From the NCBI GenBank assembly GCA_016787925.1, contig JAEUSK010000175.1, forward strand, positions 1-60,396: a stretch of 60,396 bases of DNA, read 5' to 3'. The notes under the pieces are model-generated. The model searched no databases, was not told the origin of the DNA, and saw only the letters and a program-made list of their open reading frames with translations. Below are positions 19,023 to 30,337 of the stretch, in pieces. The first letter of the stretch is position 1, and every line of letters starts with the position of its first letter. The stretch comes from a bacterium. Its GTDB lineage: Bacteria; CLD3; SB21. A program made the translations under genes and the position numbers.

Positions 19023-20170
19023 TAATTCTCCAATATAATGGGTTTAAGTGGAAATTTTATAGTCACCGTGGTTCCGATGTTTTCGCGGCTGTGAACTTGA
19101 ATTGTACCGCCGTGTCTCTCGACCAGCATTTTTACTATGGACATACCCAAACCAATTCCTTTGGGCTTTGTTGTATACAATGGCTCAAACATCTTTTCAA
19201 GGTCGCTTTGCGGGATGCCGCAACCGGTATCTTTGATTGTGAGATCAACAAATTCCTTATTCAGCATGGTCTTCACATATATCTTGCCGGAATCATCAAT
19301 GGACTGTATTGAATTTAGAATTAAGTTAACTAATATCTGCTGAATTTGGCCATCATCAAGATACAGTTCTGGAATGGTTTCGTCCAATTCTTGTTCAACG
19401 TGTATATAGTCAGGGAATCTAAGTCGAGTAAGTGTACCGTTTATGATCTCATTGAGAATGCACGGTTTCAGACTTGGTTTTCGTTCCCTGGAGAAATCGA
19501 GTAAATCGTTTATGATCTTTGTGGAAATCATAACTTCATTGTCAACTATCTTCAACAATTCGTCGGTTTCTGAGGTTGCCTCTCTGATTTCATTTTTCAT
19601 CAAAGCGGCGGCAGTCTTGATCCGTGAGAGAGGGTTACGCAGTTCATGCCCGATGCTCGCCGTTAATTGACCTACAACTGCCAGCTTTTCAGTTCGCACG
19701 AGTTTATCTTGAGTTTCTTTTAATTCGAGTATATTCCGCTCAAGTTCTCGATTCTTGCTCAGCAATTCTTCCGTCAGGTTCTTATTATCATTGAGCAAAT
19801 CGAATCTCTCAAAAGCCTGTCGTATGGTAATTCGTAATTCATCCGTATCCCATGGTTTTACAAGGTATCGGTAAACAATACCGCTATTAATAGCGTCGAT
19901 AGCAACCGACAGATCTGTATATGCTGTAAGAATGATATTTACTGTGTGTGGAATTATCAGTTTGGCCTCTTTCAAAAATGCCATACCACTCATTTTTGGC
20001 ATACGTTCATCGGTAATTATGACTTTCACCGGCGAATGTCTTAATATTTCAAGAGCATCAAATCCATTGTTTGCAGAAAGCACTACATAATCCGACTCAA
20101 ATGTCTTAATCAGTACGTCCAATACGCGGATTTCATCATCAACTATGAGCAATGGTTGGATGTTTTTCAT
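19022..20170 (-). CDS. Hybrid receiver-histidine kinase
   Basis: N-terminal REC (IVDDE, TDERMP, KPW), H-box HELRNPL, N-box NLILNS, DTGCG, GIGLGM. Confidence 0.9.
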   Translation of the reverse strand: MKNIQPLLIVDDEIRVLDVLIKTFESDYVVLSANNGFDALEILRHSPVKVIITDERMPKMSGMAFLKEAKLIIPHTVNIILTAYTDLSVAIDAINSGIVYRYLVKPWDTDELRITIRQAFERFDLLNDNKNLTEELLSKNRELERNILELKETQDKLVRTEKLAVVGQLTASIGHELRNPLSRIKTAAALMKNEIREATSETDELLKIVDNEVMISTKIINDLLDFSRERKPSLKPCILNEIINGTLTRLRFPDYIHVEQELDETIPELYLDDGQIQQILVNLILNSIQSIDDSGKIYVKTMLNKEFVDLTIKDTGCGIPQSDLEKMFEPLYTTKPKGIGLGMSIVKMLVERHGGTIQVHSRENIGTTVTIKFPLKPIILEN

Positions 20171-22203
20171 TAGACCTCTATTGGTTTGGACAGTTTTAGT
20201 GATCCATCGACTGCGTCCAGAAGATCAATCAGATTGAAGGGTTTTGACAATATAAAATCAACCTGAGGGTTCTCTGCTTTTATCTTGTCCATTTCTGAAG
20301 TCCATCCCGTGACCATAATAACTGGAACTTCAGGGCTCATTTCTTTCACTCTTGACGCGAGTTCTAACCCGCTAATTTTCGGCAAACTTAGATCTGTAAT
20401 AACCAAATCGAATTTTTCTTTCTTGAATTCTTCAATCGCCGACGCTGCATCGTGATGACAGGAAACTAGAAGATTCCGTGATTCGAGTATGGCGACCATC
20501 AGTTCGCTCAAGGCTTCGTCATCATCAACTACAAGTATATTAATTGACTCATTTTCAATTTTAATATCATTCCGCAGTCCTATTTCCGGACGTAATAAGG
20601 GCGCTGAATTTGCCTGGTCAAAAATGAATTCACAGGTGTAACTGCAGTCGGAAGACAAGTCAAATCTGAAATCTATACCAGTCAGACTCAGGAGCATTTT
20701 TGTTGTTCTGAATACAAGTTCCGATCTTTTCTGATATTCCTGAATCTTTTCAGGATGCCGGCCGTCGGACAAATCGTTTTGGAGGTTTTTTAGCGTTATA
20801 TGCGTTCGGCCCTTGCGCTCGCGACTTTCAAAATAAATTGTACTATTCGGATGTGATCTGGTAATTAAGACGGACAACAAATTGTTCAATATCTGGTCAA
20901 ATTCATTTTTGTCCAGCTCTGTAAATCCACATGAAACGGTTTGGTTACTAAGAAGGACATTGTTGACGGCCAAGCTGTTTTTGATGACGCTTTCTTCTAT
21001 TCCGAAGAGAGCCTCATCAATCATCAATTTAATGTCAACCAAAACATGGCTGGAATTATCAAGAGCAAAACTGTTGTCCTTGATCTGGATTACCGCCTTG
21101 GTCATTTTCTCCAGAATATCCACTGTATGTGATAAGGCCACATCTGATTGTCGATTCTCGGTCTCACAGAGAATACCTACATTTCTGATGATCTGTATTA
21201 AGTGATCCCGGGCGTCTGACAATAATTCTGCTCGGGTATCTTGCAATGAATAATTATTCTTCAATATATGCAATTCTCTTTCGATTACAGTCAGTTGTTG
21301 TGTCAAGTGATCAAGACTCTTACTAATATTATCTCTGCCCATGCAAATGGATAAGTACCATGCGAGCTCCTCTACTAAATAGACGATTGATTTATTTAGC
21401 ACTGCATTGGGTTTAAATCCGACATTTAACGTCCCGATAATGTGGTCTTTGGCTATAATTGGCGCCACAATAAACGTTTGCTTGGTCTTGCTTTTGAAAG
21501 GAGAGTCCTGTATGTCAGGGAATTTGGCTGAACTGTAGACATAGGACTGGACCGTATTCTGTATGGTTTTATAAACCAAATGACCGTGTGTTAGTTTCTC
21601 GCGTTCAAAATTCTCAGCAATGATTGTCGTCTTATCAAAAGTGAATTCGGATGTAGAGAAAAAACACTCTTCTTTAGTGTCATATTCCGTGATCAATACA
21701 TGGTCAGCCGAAAACAAGTAATTTATTCTTTCAGCCAGAAAACGGCAAATGACGCCGGTCTCCATACCAATGCCAATTGCCCGCACAAGTTCGTTTCTAA
21801 ACTCGCCATCCTTTTGATTATCAACCGGCTGGCAGAATATATTAATAGTACCAATGACTTTGCCGTCTATTCCGTGTACAGGGACTGTAGTTTGTATGAG
21901 TTCAAACCCGAGTGAAGTAGAATTTTGCGTGATAACCTCATTTTTCGCGATGGCTTGATGAATTTTGAAATAATCATTGATTTTCTGTTTTTCGATGATT
22001 GGCAATTCTAAATTTTGACCGATGAGGGATGTCACAAAAACGTCCATATCCGTCACGGCTATTGAAAAATGGGGTGGTAAGAGGGTTTTGAACGAATAGC
22101 AGAATTCAACCAGCGATTCCAGAAATTTCCCATTTGGATTTATTTCGTAAAAGCGTCTTTCAAAAATAATGATGTTTTCAACTATATCTTGAAGGTTGTT
22201 CAT
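20170..22203 (-). CDS. GAF / degenerate kinase-like / C-terminal receiver domain protein
   Basis: GAF-like APIIAKDHIIGTLNVG, coiled coil, eroded HATPase (QILNNLLS), C-terminal REC (VVDDD, TDLSLP, KPF). Confidence 0.75.
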   Translation of the reverse strand: MNNLQDIVENIIIFERRFYEINPNGKFLESLVEFCYSFKTLLPPHFSIAVTDMDVFVTSLIGQNLELPIIEKQKINDYFKIHQAIAKNEVITQNSTSLGFELIQTTVPVHGIDGKVIGTINIFCQPVDNQKDGEFRNELVRAIGIGMETGVICRFLAERINYLFSADHVLITEYDTKEECFFSTSEFTFDKTTIIAENFEREKLTHGHLVYKTIQNTVQSYVYSSAKFPDIQDSPFKSKTKQTFIVAPIIAKDHIIGTLNVGFKPNAVLNKSIVYLVEELAWYLSICMGRDNISKSLDHLTQQLTVIERELHILKNNYSLQDTRAELLSDARDHLIQIIRNVGILCETENRQSDVALSHTVDILEKMTKAVIQIKDNSFALDNSSHVLVDIKLMIDEALFGIEESVIKNSLAVNNVLLSNQTVSCGFTELDKNEFDQILNNLLSVLITRSHPNSTIYFESRERKGRTHITLKNLQNDLSDGRHPEKIQEYQKRSELVFRTTKMLLSLTGIDFRFDLSSDCSYTCEFIFDQANSAPLLRPEIGLRNDIKIENESINILVVDDDEALSELMVAILESRNLLVSCHHDAASAIEEFKKEKFDLVITDLSLPKISGLELASRVKEMSPEVPVIMVTGWTSEMDKIKAENPQVDFILSKPFNLIDLLDAVDGSLKLSKPIEV

Positions 22204-22235
22204 AACTGGTGGTATAGATTAGGCAGGGTGCGCTA

Positions 22236-22793
22236 CTATTTCCATCTCATTTTTTCTGAGTCATAATTCATAAACATTCTTGAACCAACAGGCTTAACGG
22301 TTCGCTCAGAATACTTAGCCGAACTTTTCTTATTATACGGGACTTCTGTAATTCCGGATACTTCAAAGTATATGAGCTGGCCGATGGGCATTCCGGCATA
22401 TACCATTACAGGCTGCTTCACAGAAATTTCAAGAGTCCAAGTGTTGCAATACCCAACATCACCCTTGCCTGCCGTTGCATGAATGTCGATGCCGAGCCGA
22501 CCAATGCTCGATTTGCCTTCAAGAAAAGGGACGTGTTTAAGTGTCTCAGTGTATTCCTCTGTGACGCCAAGATATAATTTTGTTGGTAAAAGCAAAAATC
22601 CTTCAGGCGGTATTTCAAAATGCGAAATGGGATTATCCTTCCGGCTATCAATTATATCATCTGTATAGACGGCTAAATATTTCGCAAGGTGCACATCGTA
22701 ACTATTCGTCCCGAGGCATTCTCTTCGATAAGGTTCGATAACGATTGTCTTAGACTCAATTTCAGCCAGTATTTGTCTGTCTGTGAGAATCAT
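22236..22793 (-). CDS. dcd: dCTP deaminase
   Basis: NSYDVHL, EGKSSIGRLG, GDVGY..TLEI, IGQLIYF. Confidence 0.92.
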   Translation of the reverse strand: MILTDRQILAEIESKTIVIEPYRRECLGTNSYDVHLAKYLAVYTDDIIDSRKDNPISHFEIPPEGFLLLPTKLYLGVTEEYTETLKHVPFLEGKSSIGRLGIDIHATAGKGDVGYCNTWTLEISVKQPVMVYAGMPIGQLIYFEVSGITEVPYNKKSSAKYSERTVKPVGSRMFMNYDSEKMRWK

Positions 22794-22926
22794 CTGTTTT
22801 TTGTAGTTTTGTGTTTTGTATTATTTTTGCTAGATTGGTCAATCAAAAAATATAGATAAATGCCGTTCCAATATCAATATTATTGTTTACGGATTGTTTC
22901 AATTACGTTAAATAAAATCACAAAAG

Positions 22927-24012
22927 TTGACTGCCGACCAAAAAAAGAGACTGAAAAAGGGTTTGGTGCAACCTATCCTCAACTGGTACCGGAAAAACAA
23001 ACGGGATCTGCCATGGCGAAGCACACGCGATCCGTACAAGATTTGGATTTCTGAAATCATGCTTCAACAAACACAAGTTGAACAAGTTATTCCATATTAC
23101 AGTCGCTTCCTAAACAAGTTTCCCTCGATCAATACCCTGGCTAGATCTGATATTGACGACGTCCTGAAAGTCTGGGCCGGAATGGGATATTATCGAAGAG
23201 CACGCTATTTGCACGAAGCGGCAATAATCATGGCGGAGAGACACGACAGCAAAATTCCAAGCAATTATGAATTGTTGGCCGCCCTCCCAGGATTCGGGCC
23301 GTACACGTGCGGCTCAGTTTTGAGCATTGCGTACAACCTTCCCTATCCGGCAATTGACGGAAATGTCACTCGACTCATATCCCGACTCTTTAAAATTGAA
23401 TCGGATATCACACGGACTGCAGCAAAAAGAACGATTGAAAATATCGTTGATAATCTGATACCGATGAATAAAGCTTCCGAATTTTCACAAGCCTTGATGG
23501 AAATGGGGGCTACGGTATGCAAATCGAAAAAACCGAAGTGTCAAAGCTGTTGCTGCAGAAAGATCTGTCGAGCCTATAATGAGATGTCAAATCCAGAAAT
23601 CCTTCCAATAAAAACAAAGAAAAAACGGAACGTTCATTTTCATATTGCCGCTGGAATCGTCAGGAATGGAAACACTGTTTTGATTTCTAAACGTCCAGAG
23701 AATGTCATATTGGGTGGTCTATGGGAATTTCCCGGTGGTAAGAAGGAAAAGAAAGAATCCTTGGGTGCCGCATGTGTCAGAGAATTAGAAAGTAAAACCG
23801 GGATTAGCGCCAAAATAGTCAGGCCTCTTATGTCAATTAAGCATCATTATTCTCATTATAGTATTACAATTCATTTCTTTTGCTGTTCATACTCAAGTGG
23901 TCGAGTTGATACATCGATTTCAAAATGGGTCAAAATAGACGATCTCGACAAGTATGCGTTTTCAAAAGTGCACCAGCAGATTGCATTAAAGATCAGGGAT
24001 GGGGGTTGCTAG
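22927..24012 (+). CDS. mutY: A/G-specific adenine glycosylase
   Basis: RDLPWR, SEIMLQQTQV, WAGMGYYRRA, DGNVTR, Fe-S cysteines, C-terminal NUDIX-like GLWEFPGGK. Confidence 0.94.
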   Translation: MTADQKKRLKKGLVQPILNWYRKNKRDLPWRSTRDPYKIWISEIMLQQTQVEQVIPYYSRFLNKFPSINTLARSDIDDVLKVWAGMGYYRRARYLHEAAIIMAERHDSKIPSNYELLAALPGFGPYTCGSVLSIAYNLPYPAIDGNVTRLISRLFKIESDITRTAAKRTIENIVDNLIPMNKASEFSQALMEMGATVCKSKKPKCQSCCCRKICRAYNEMSNPEILPIKTKKKRNVHFHIAAGIVRNGNTVLISKRPENVILGGLWEFPGGKKEKKESLGAACVRELESKTGISAKIVRPLMSIKHHYSHYSITIHFFCCSYSSGRVDTSISKWVKIDDLDKYAFSKVHQQIALKIRDGGC

Positions 24013-25870
24013 TAGAGTCAATACGAGATGCTGCCGGAATGTTAAAAACAGTAGTATCCAATGATATGGGAACAAAGATACTGTCTTTTTTCTCAAGTAA
24101 ATTTTCCGGCTGGTGTTTCTTTACCAGGTCTTTATTTCTATATACTGAAATAAACTTGTCATTTTTCTCCTTCCCATCAGCAAACTCTACATATCGGTAC
24201 CATGTAACACGATAGTGCTCATTTTTTTCGCCAACGGGACCATCCTGAATTGGCCCATCGAAACGCAATCGTCTTCCATCGTTTTTACCAAATAATTTGA
24301 AGTACATCTTGGTCCTTTTGAGATCGACCAAATTTTGCATTAGGACTATATTTTTAGTGTCATTTTCAAATACCAGATCCGGGCCAAAATCGGCAACGGT
24401 TGCGTCAAGTCCGGAAGGCAAATAGTATTTAACTTCAAATGAATGATTGGCGCGTTTCAGGATTTTTAAGCCCGAAAAGAATACCGTGCGAAAAAGAGTG
24501 CTGGATACCTGACACATGCCCCCGCCATACTGCGGCTCCGTGCTGTCTCCATTTATAATAACAAGCTCCTTCTCATATCCGGTGGTACTGTCAACTTTAC
24601 CCATTTGCTTCAAAAAAGAAAATTTCTTGCCGGGTTCAATGACAACGTTTTGAAACGTTTGCGAAGCATGGTTAATGTTAAATTTTCTATTTTCAGGTGA
24701 GCCGAAAAAATCGGTTACGCCGGTTGCTAATACATCAGACACACCAAATTCATTATTTGGGTTGGCAACCCCACCCAATAAATGCGCAACCACCAGCGGT
24801 ACTGCGTAGTGACCCGAAGTGTCGAGTTCGTTAGCGATGATCGTGTTATTAATGGCTATGATCGTTTTGGGCACGTCCAGATAATATCCATCCTTGGCAA
24901 TGCCTTCGACGTGAATTTTTCCACCCTCGTTTGATATAGTAATATCTTCTTTTGCCCGATACATATAAGGCGCAATGCGTTTATTCAGATCGTTTCTCAA
25001 TTTATCTGAATTAAGGACAGGATATAATGAGTAATTTCCAAACTCCACTATCTTTCGAAATTCAATCCAGTTTCTTCTCTCGTAATTGTCGATCTTCCAC
25101 TCATCGAAGTTGTAACCGTCATAACTGTAAATCATCACGAGCCTGCGGTGGACCAGCTGATTTGCGCGGCGTTTTGCAAAATGCGCCATATCCAGCGTGA
25201 TATCGGGCGACTTTTGCTCTATATTGATCATAATTGGTTCGGGCTTTAATGAAGCTAGAATATTGTGATACTGTTCAAGTGCTGCCTTGTCATTGAATCC
25301 GAACCCCTCCTGCCCCGGCAAGGCAATAAACTCTTTTCCACTCAGTACTACTGAGGCATCAAGCACCTTGTTGTTACGCAATTTTGGAATACGTTCAATG
25401 ACATTTAATACAAATCGTGCTTCATCAAACCAAATCTCCAAATAAAGTGTCGTCGTCTTTAGGATGGAGAAAATGCGGACTTTTTGGTTATCAACAAAGT
25501 CTTGCTTGTGACCTATCTCATAAGCATCGTGCAGTACAGCATCCAAATCAAACTGAGGCTGAATCTCCTCGTTTATTATGGTGTAATTACCTTCGTTGCT
25601 TCTTAAGGTGACGGCCATGCTTTTGAATTCTCTCAAATAGTCATTTACGAGAGTACGTGCTTCGGAAATTGTTTTACCGCCTACATCAAGCGGGCCAACC
25701 CGCGAATTCCACACCAACCTCTCATCGAGGTATGCGTTGTTAATTGCAACTGCCGTAATAAGCCATCCGGCCAGCAATAAGGTTCCTGCTACGGCTTTCC
25801 TTCTTGGATTGGAATATTCTTCATGTCCCATCCAAATCTTGGAGGATATATTTTGATCTGTCTGATTCAC
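23993..25870 (-). CDS. VanW family membrane-anchored protein with YoaR/PG-binding-like region
   Basis: N-terminal TM; GGGMCQVSSTLF, RANHS, GLDATV, DLVFEN motifs. Confidence 0.85.
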   Translation of the reverse strand: MNQTDQNISSKIWMGHEEYSNPRRKAVAGTLLLAGWLITAVAINNAYLDERLVWNSRVGPLDVGGKTISEARTLVNDYLREFKSMAVTLRSNEGNYTIINEEIQPQFDLDAVLHDAYEIGHKQDFVDNQKVRIFSILKTTTLYLEIWFDEARFVLNVIERIPKLRNNKVLDASVVLSGKEFIALPGQEGFGFNDKAALEQYHNILASLKPEPIMINIEQKSPDITLDMAHFAKRRANQLVHRRLVMIYSYDGYNFDEWKIDNYERRNWIEFRKIVEFGNYSLYPVLNSDKLRNDLNKRIAPYMYRAKEDITISNEGGKIHVEGIAKDGYYLDVPKTIIAINNTIIANELDTSGHYAVPLVVAHLLGGVANPNNEFGVSDVLATGVTDFFGSPENRKFNINHASQTFQNVVIEPGKKFSFLKQMGKVDSTTGYEKELVIINGDSTEPQYGGGMCQVSSTLFRTVFFSGLKILKRANHSFEVKYYLPSGLDATVADFGPDLVFENDTKNIVLMQNLVDLKRTKMYFKLFGKNDGRRLRFDGPIQDGPVGEKNEHYRVTWYRYVEFADGKEKNDKFISVYRNKDLVKKHQPENLLEKKDSIFVPISLDTTVFNIPAASRIDSTSNPHP

Positions 25871-26137
25871 AAGGCGGTTATGTTATTGTATGCATTAATA
25901 ATACTTCGGAGGTAAAATACTTCTCGTCCTCTTGCCAATAAATTGAGCGCAGACCTTGTTGTCAATCAAATGTGCTCCAAAAGTTTGGTAAAATAATAAA
26001 ACTTCATCCACAATAACAATAGTTAGTTTAATCAATTTCTTGTGTTATCGCAGAAAATTCCCTATCTTTATTGCCCAATATATCGTTTCAAATTTGCTTT
26101 TCAACACCGTTTCTTATCCATCATTACTTGATTCAGA

Positions 26138-26797
26138 ATGATTACCAATAAAAATATTGGAATAATCTTAAAAAGAATAGAGAAAAAAACGAGACATAAT
26201 GTATTGCCCTCTGTCAGTATAATTGCGTCCGGATCTTCCTCGCCGTTTCATGTACTAATCGCCACAATATTGAGTTTACGGACTAAAGATGCCGTAACTC
26301 TGGAAGCCAGCATTCGGCTGTTTAACACAGCCGAAACACCGGAGTCTTTGATACTCCTGAGTCAAAAGGAACTTGAAAAACTAATTTACCCTGTAGCTTT
26401 TTATCGAAATAAATCAGCTCAGATTCTAGAAATCTGCCGCAGACTTATCAACGAACACAGCGGGATTGTTCCTAAAGAACTTGATGAATTGCTGAAGTTT
26501 AAAGGTGTTGGCCGAAAGACGGCAAACTTAGTGCAGATACTCGGCTTTGGAATTCCCGCCATGTGTGTCGATACGCACGTGCATAGGATTTCGAATCGTT
26601 TCGGATATATTAAAACCAAAACACCTGACGAAAGCGAACTGAAATTGAGACAGAAATTACCCATTAGATATTGGCTTAGTTATAATGATCTCTTGGTAAC
26701 ATTCGGACAAAATCAATGTAAACCCGTTTCACCAGTTTGTTCGACTTGTCCTGTTACCAAAGAGTGTCCAAAAGTCAACGTCAGCCGGCATCGTTAA
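26138..26797 (+). CDS. nth: Endonuclease III
   Basis: LIATILS, HhH GVGRKTAN, VDTHVHRI, C-x6-C-x2-C-x5-C. Confidence 0.93.
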   Translation: MITNKNIGIILKRIEKKTRHNVLPSVSIIASGSSSPFHVLIATILSLRTKDAVTLEASIRLFNTAETPESLILLSQKELEKLIYPVAFYRNKSAQILEICRRLINEHSGIVPKELDELLKFKGVGRKTANLVQILGFGIPAMCVDTHVHRISNRFGYIKTKTPDESELKLRQKLPIRYWLSYNDLLVTFGQNQCKPVSPVCSTCPVTKECPKVNVSRHR

Positions 26798-26801
26798 TCC
26801 T

Positions 26802-27404
26802 ATGATAACCCATTCACCAACACGTCAATTTGGTATTACCATATTCTTCTTGTTCAACTTTCTGATACCAAGGATTGAGATTATTCAGATTATCCCATAC
26901 CAAGACTCGGGTGAGCTAAAATGCGATGTTGTTATCAACGATCTGTTCAACTCAAAGACTCATTCAGTCCTCTTTAGCGGCATACCGATTCATGTTGTCA
27001 TAACTGCAAAACTGCAGCGTGTTGAGAGCAAAGAGGTTCTGGTCAATGAAACGAAGATTATTCTTTCTTATGATGTTTGGAATGAAGAGTTTACTTTTGA
27101 ACAATCAGGTATCAAGGAGCAAATCCATAATTTGGATTCGTTGAGAAACCGCCTTAAAACACTGAGGGGTATCCCAATATCAAATCTGTCTCTATTGACG
27201 GAGGACCAAAGATTATATATATCGATGAAGATTCATGTCTACAATGAACGATCAGGCAGCCTTATAGATTCGATTAGCCAGACGTCGTCTAACAAAAAAT
27301 TCACTCTTGGAGCTGTTATAAAGTTTTTTTTCGGCAAATCTGAACCGGATGACCATTGGTATCACTCCGGCACATTTACGTTACATGAATTGAAATCGAA
27401 TTGA
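26802..27404 (+). CDS. Hypothetical periplasmic protein (DUF4390-like)
   Basis: SGIP and LSYDVWNEEF motifs; directly upstream of an NtrY-like kinase. Confidence 0.55.
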   Translation: MITHSPTRQFGITIFFLFNFLIPRIEIIQIIPYQDSGELKCDVVINDLFNSKTHSVLFSGIPIHVVITAKLQRVESKEVLVNETKIILSYDVWNEEFTFEQSGIKEQIHNLDSLRNRLKTLRGIPISNLSLLTEDQRLYISMKIHVYNERSGSLIDSISQTSSNKKFTLGAVIKFFFGKSEPDDHWYHSGTFTLHELKSN

Positions 27405-27407
27405 CGT

Positions 27408-28994
27408 ATGCAATTTAACAAGATCAAATACAAACTCATTGCAGGCATAGGAATTATAGCGATCTTACCGGCTATTCCTCTCTCTTACCTTTTTGAGAAT
27501 ATGATTGATAAGCTGTTTAGTCTTAGGATGAATAATCGTATCGAGACGGCTTTAGAAGACGCCGTGGATATTTCTCGTTTAATGATACAAAGTGAAAAGA
27601 AAGTCAGCCTGAAGAATACCAGACAATTTGTTGAAAACCCGATGGTGCTGGCGCTGTTGAGAAAATATACTACTCGACAACTGAACGAAAATGATGTTAA
27701 TGACTTGGTAAAAATGGCGCTTTTGGAGGCAAATAAACTCGACGGAGTGGCAATTTATGATAATTCACTTCAGCCGATATTTCTAAACACCGTTTACCAA
27801 AACAAAGATATAGTGAATGGCCTGAAAGATACACTATTTGCCCGACAGCGGCTTCTTGCCAATTCAGATTATGCTGACTATCGTGAAGCAGAGCATTTGC
27901 TCATTGCAGGCATTCCGCTATCATTACCTAATCAGCAACGCGGAGTTATTGTCAGCGTGGTCGTGGTTACCCCTGGGTTTTATGGGAAAACCGAAAGTGT
28001 TCTTACCGCCTTACAATTATATAAGACATTCAATGTGGAAAGTGAAAACATAAAAGCCAGTTTCCTCTATGCGTTTCTGTCTGTATACTTCATCATCATT
28101 TGTCTATCAATCGGATTAAGCGTATTTTTTTCTGCCGTCATGACACGCCCAATCAACAAATTAGCGCTTGGAACGGAACAGATATCAAAGGGAAATCTTG
28201 ATTATCAAATTAATATAAAACCGCGAAGCGACGAGATTGGCCAGCTCATGATTTCCTTCAATCAGATGGTGCAGAATATTAAACACGAACAAGACCGTGT
28301 ACTATACCTTGAAAAGATTTCGACATGGCGTGAAATCGCGCAGCGTTTGGCGCATGAAATAAAAAACCCATTAACACCTATACAACTTACCATACAGCAG
28401 ATAAAAGACTCATACGAAGGCGACGACCCCAAATACAGAAAGATTCTTGAGGAGTGTTATGAAATTGTCGATGAAGAAATTCAGAGTCTTAGAAATTTGA
28501 CCAAAGAATTTTCCGAATTTGCACGTATGCCTAGCATGTCGTTTAAGCCCACACAGTTGAACCAGATCATACAAGATGTCGTCGCATTTTACGCAAATGT
28601 CAGATTCAAATTATTATTACAGCAAGATCTGCCGACCGCGGAATTAGATGCCGAGGCGGTCAAACGCATCATGATTAATCTGGTAGATAATTCGTTATCT
28701 GCAACCGGCGGGAAGGCGGATTCTCAAATAACGATATCAACCCGGTCGTCTGAAACGGCGATCCGGCTGATCATTTCAGATAATGGACACGGCATTCCAA
28801 AAGAAAATCTTGTAAAAATATTCGAACCTCATTTCTCAACAAAAACATCGAGCATGGGGCTCGGCCTTGCAATTGTCAAGTCAATTATTGATGAACACAA
28901 AGGACAAATTGAAGTTGACAGTATTGAGAATCTTGGCACGACTTTTACGATTGATTTCAGAATAAAGGCGCCTAATCTACTTGACAATGGGTAA
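27408..28994 (+). CDS. HAMP-domain sensor histidine kinase (NtrY-like)
   Basis: Two TMs, HAMP (DEIGQLMISFNQM), WREIAQRLAHEIKNPLTPIQL, DNGHG, GLGLAIV. Confidence 0.9.
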   Translation: MQFNKIKYKLIAGIGIIAILPAIPLSYLFENMIDKLFSLRMNNRIETALEDAVDISRLMIQSEKKVSLKNTRQFVENPMVLALLRKYTTRQLNENDVNDLVKMALLEANKLDGVAIYDNSLQPIFLNTVYQNKDIVNGLKDTLFARQRLLANSDYADYREAEHLLIAGIPLSLPNQQRGVIVSVVVVTPGFYGKTESVLTALQLYKTFNVESENIKASFLYAFLSVYFIIICLSIGLSVFFSAVMTRPINKLALGTEQISKGNLDYQINIKPRSDEIGQLMISFNQMVQNIKHEQDRVLYLEKISTWREIAQRLAHEIKNPLTPIQLTIQQIKDSYEGDDPKYRKILEECYEIVDEEIQSLRNLTKEFSEFARMPSMSFKPTQLNQIIQDVVAFYANVRFKLLLQQDLPTAELDAEAVKRIMINLVDNSLSATGGKADSQITISTRSSETAIRLIISDNGHGIPKENLVKIFEPHFSTKTSSMGLGLAIVKSIIDEHKGQIEVDSIENLGTTFTIDFRIKAPNLLDNG

Positions 28995-29007
28995 AAAGGA
29001 GGGCTGT

Positions 29008-29418
29008 ATGCCGTACTGGATTTTAAAATCAGAACCGAACACATATTCATTTGATAATTTAGTTAAGGACAAAAAGGCAACATGGGACGGGATACGTAAT
29101 CCACAGGCTCTAATACATATTCGTTCCATGAAAAAGAAAGATCTGGCTATGATTTACCACAGTAGTGAGGGTAAATGTATCGTCGGATTAGCGGAAATTG
29201 TTTCTGACCCGTATCCCGATCCGAAGCTGAATGAAAACAAATTCACTGTGATTGATCTCGTTCCAAAACGTAGGTTAAAGAAGCGCGTGACATTGTCTGA
29301 AATTAAGGCCAATCCGAAGTTGTCCGAATTAAAACTGGTAAGGCAATCGCGGCTTTCAGTGATACCTGTTCCGGAAGTGATGTGGCATGAATTGCTAAAA
29401 ATGGCAGGAGAAGAATAA
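29008..29418 (+). CDS. EVE domain-containing protein
   Basis: YWILKSEP, WDGIRN.QA, YHS, RLSV; ATG 29008 after AGGAGG. Confidence 0.9.
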   Translation: MPYWILKSEPNTYSFDNLVKDKKATWDGIRNPQALIHIRSMKKKDLAMIYHSSEGKCIVGLAEIVSDPYPDPKLNENKFTVIDLVPKRRLKKRVTLSEIKANPKLSELKLVRQSRLSVIPVPEVMWHELLKMAGEE

Positions 29419-29444
29419 TCATTGGATCGTAACTCAAGAAAGAA

Positions 29445-30323
29445 CTACTCAAGCCTTGTAAACAAACGCAATGCTTCTAAATATTTTTCGCTCGTTTTCT
29501 TGATGATGTCCTCTGGCAATACAGGTGCAGGCGTATTATTGTCCCATTTAATTGATATCAAATAATCACGCAAAAATTGCTTATCATAACTGGGTTGACT
29601 GCCGCCGGGCTTGTATTGGTCTGCCGGCCAGAATCGGGATGAATCCGGCGTTAGCAATTCATCAATGAGAATTAATTCCTCATCAAGGAGTCCAAACTCC
29701 ATTTTTGTATCGGCGATAATAATTCCCTTCTCCGATGCCAACTTTTGTGCATGCAAATAGATCTGTATACAGGTTTCCTTAATCTTATTGGCAATTGTAG
29801 TCCCGACCATATCTTTTACATTTTCAAATGAAATATTCTGATCATGCCCTTCCTCGGCCTTCGTAGAAGGTGTAAAAATCGGCTCAGGAAGTTTGTCTGA
29901 TTCTTTTAATCCATTGGGCAATTTGACCCCGCAGATTGAACCCGTTTTCAAGTACTCCTTCCAACCGGATCCGGACAGATACCCACGCACAATACACTCA
30001 ATAGGCAGCGCACGTGATTTATGAACCAACATACTGCGTTTTTCGAGTACCGAATCATAGGGTTTACATATATTCGGAAATGTCTTGACATCTGTGGAGA
30101 CAACGTGATTTCGTACAATAGTATCGGTCTGACCAAACCAAAAAGCCGAAATTTGATTCAATACCTCCCCTTTTCGCGGTATTGAGTTGGGCATTATGAC
30201 GTCGAAAGCTGATATGCGGTCTGTGACAACAATGAGCAGATAATTGTCCAGGTCGTACACATCACGTACTTTTCCGCGGCGCATGAGCGGAATTTTTTCA
30301 AAATTAGTTTGCGTCACAAGCAT
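29445..30323 (-). CDS. purC: Phosphoribosylaminoimidazole-succinocarboxamide synthase (long type, intact)
   Basis: [64 protein letters not shown]. Confidence 0.95.
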   Translation of the reverse strand: MLVTQTNFEKIPLMRRGKVRDVYDLDNYLLIVVTDRISAFDVIMPNSIPRKGEVLNQISAFWFGQTDTIVRNHVVSTDVKTFPNICKPYDSVLEKRSMLVHKSRALPIECIVRGYLSGSGWKEYLKTGSICGVKLPNGLKESDKLPEPIFTPSTKAEEGHDQNISFENVKDMVGTTIANKIKETCIQIYLHAQKLASEKGIIIADTKMEFGLLDEELILIDELLTPDSSRFWPADQYKPGGSQPSYDKQFLRDYLISIKWDNNTPAPVLPEDIIKKTSEKYLEALRLFTRLE

Positions 30324-30337
30324 GTTACTTCCTCGCC

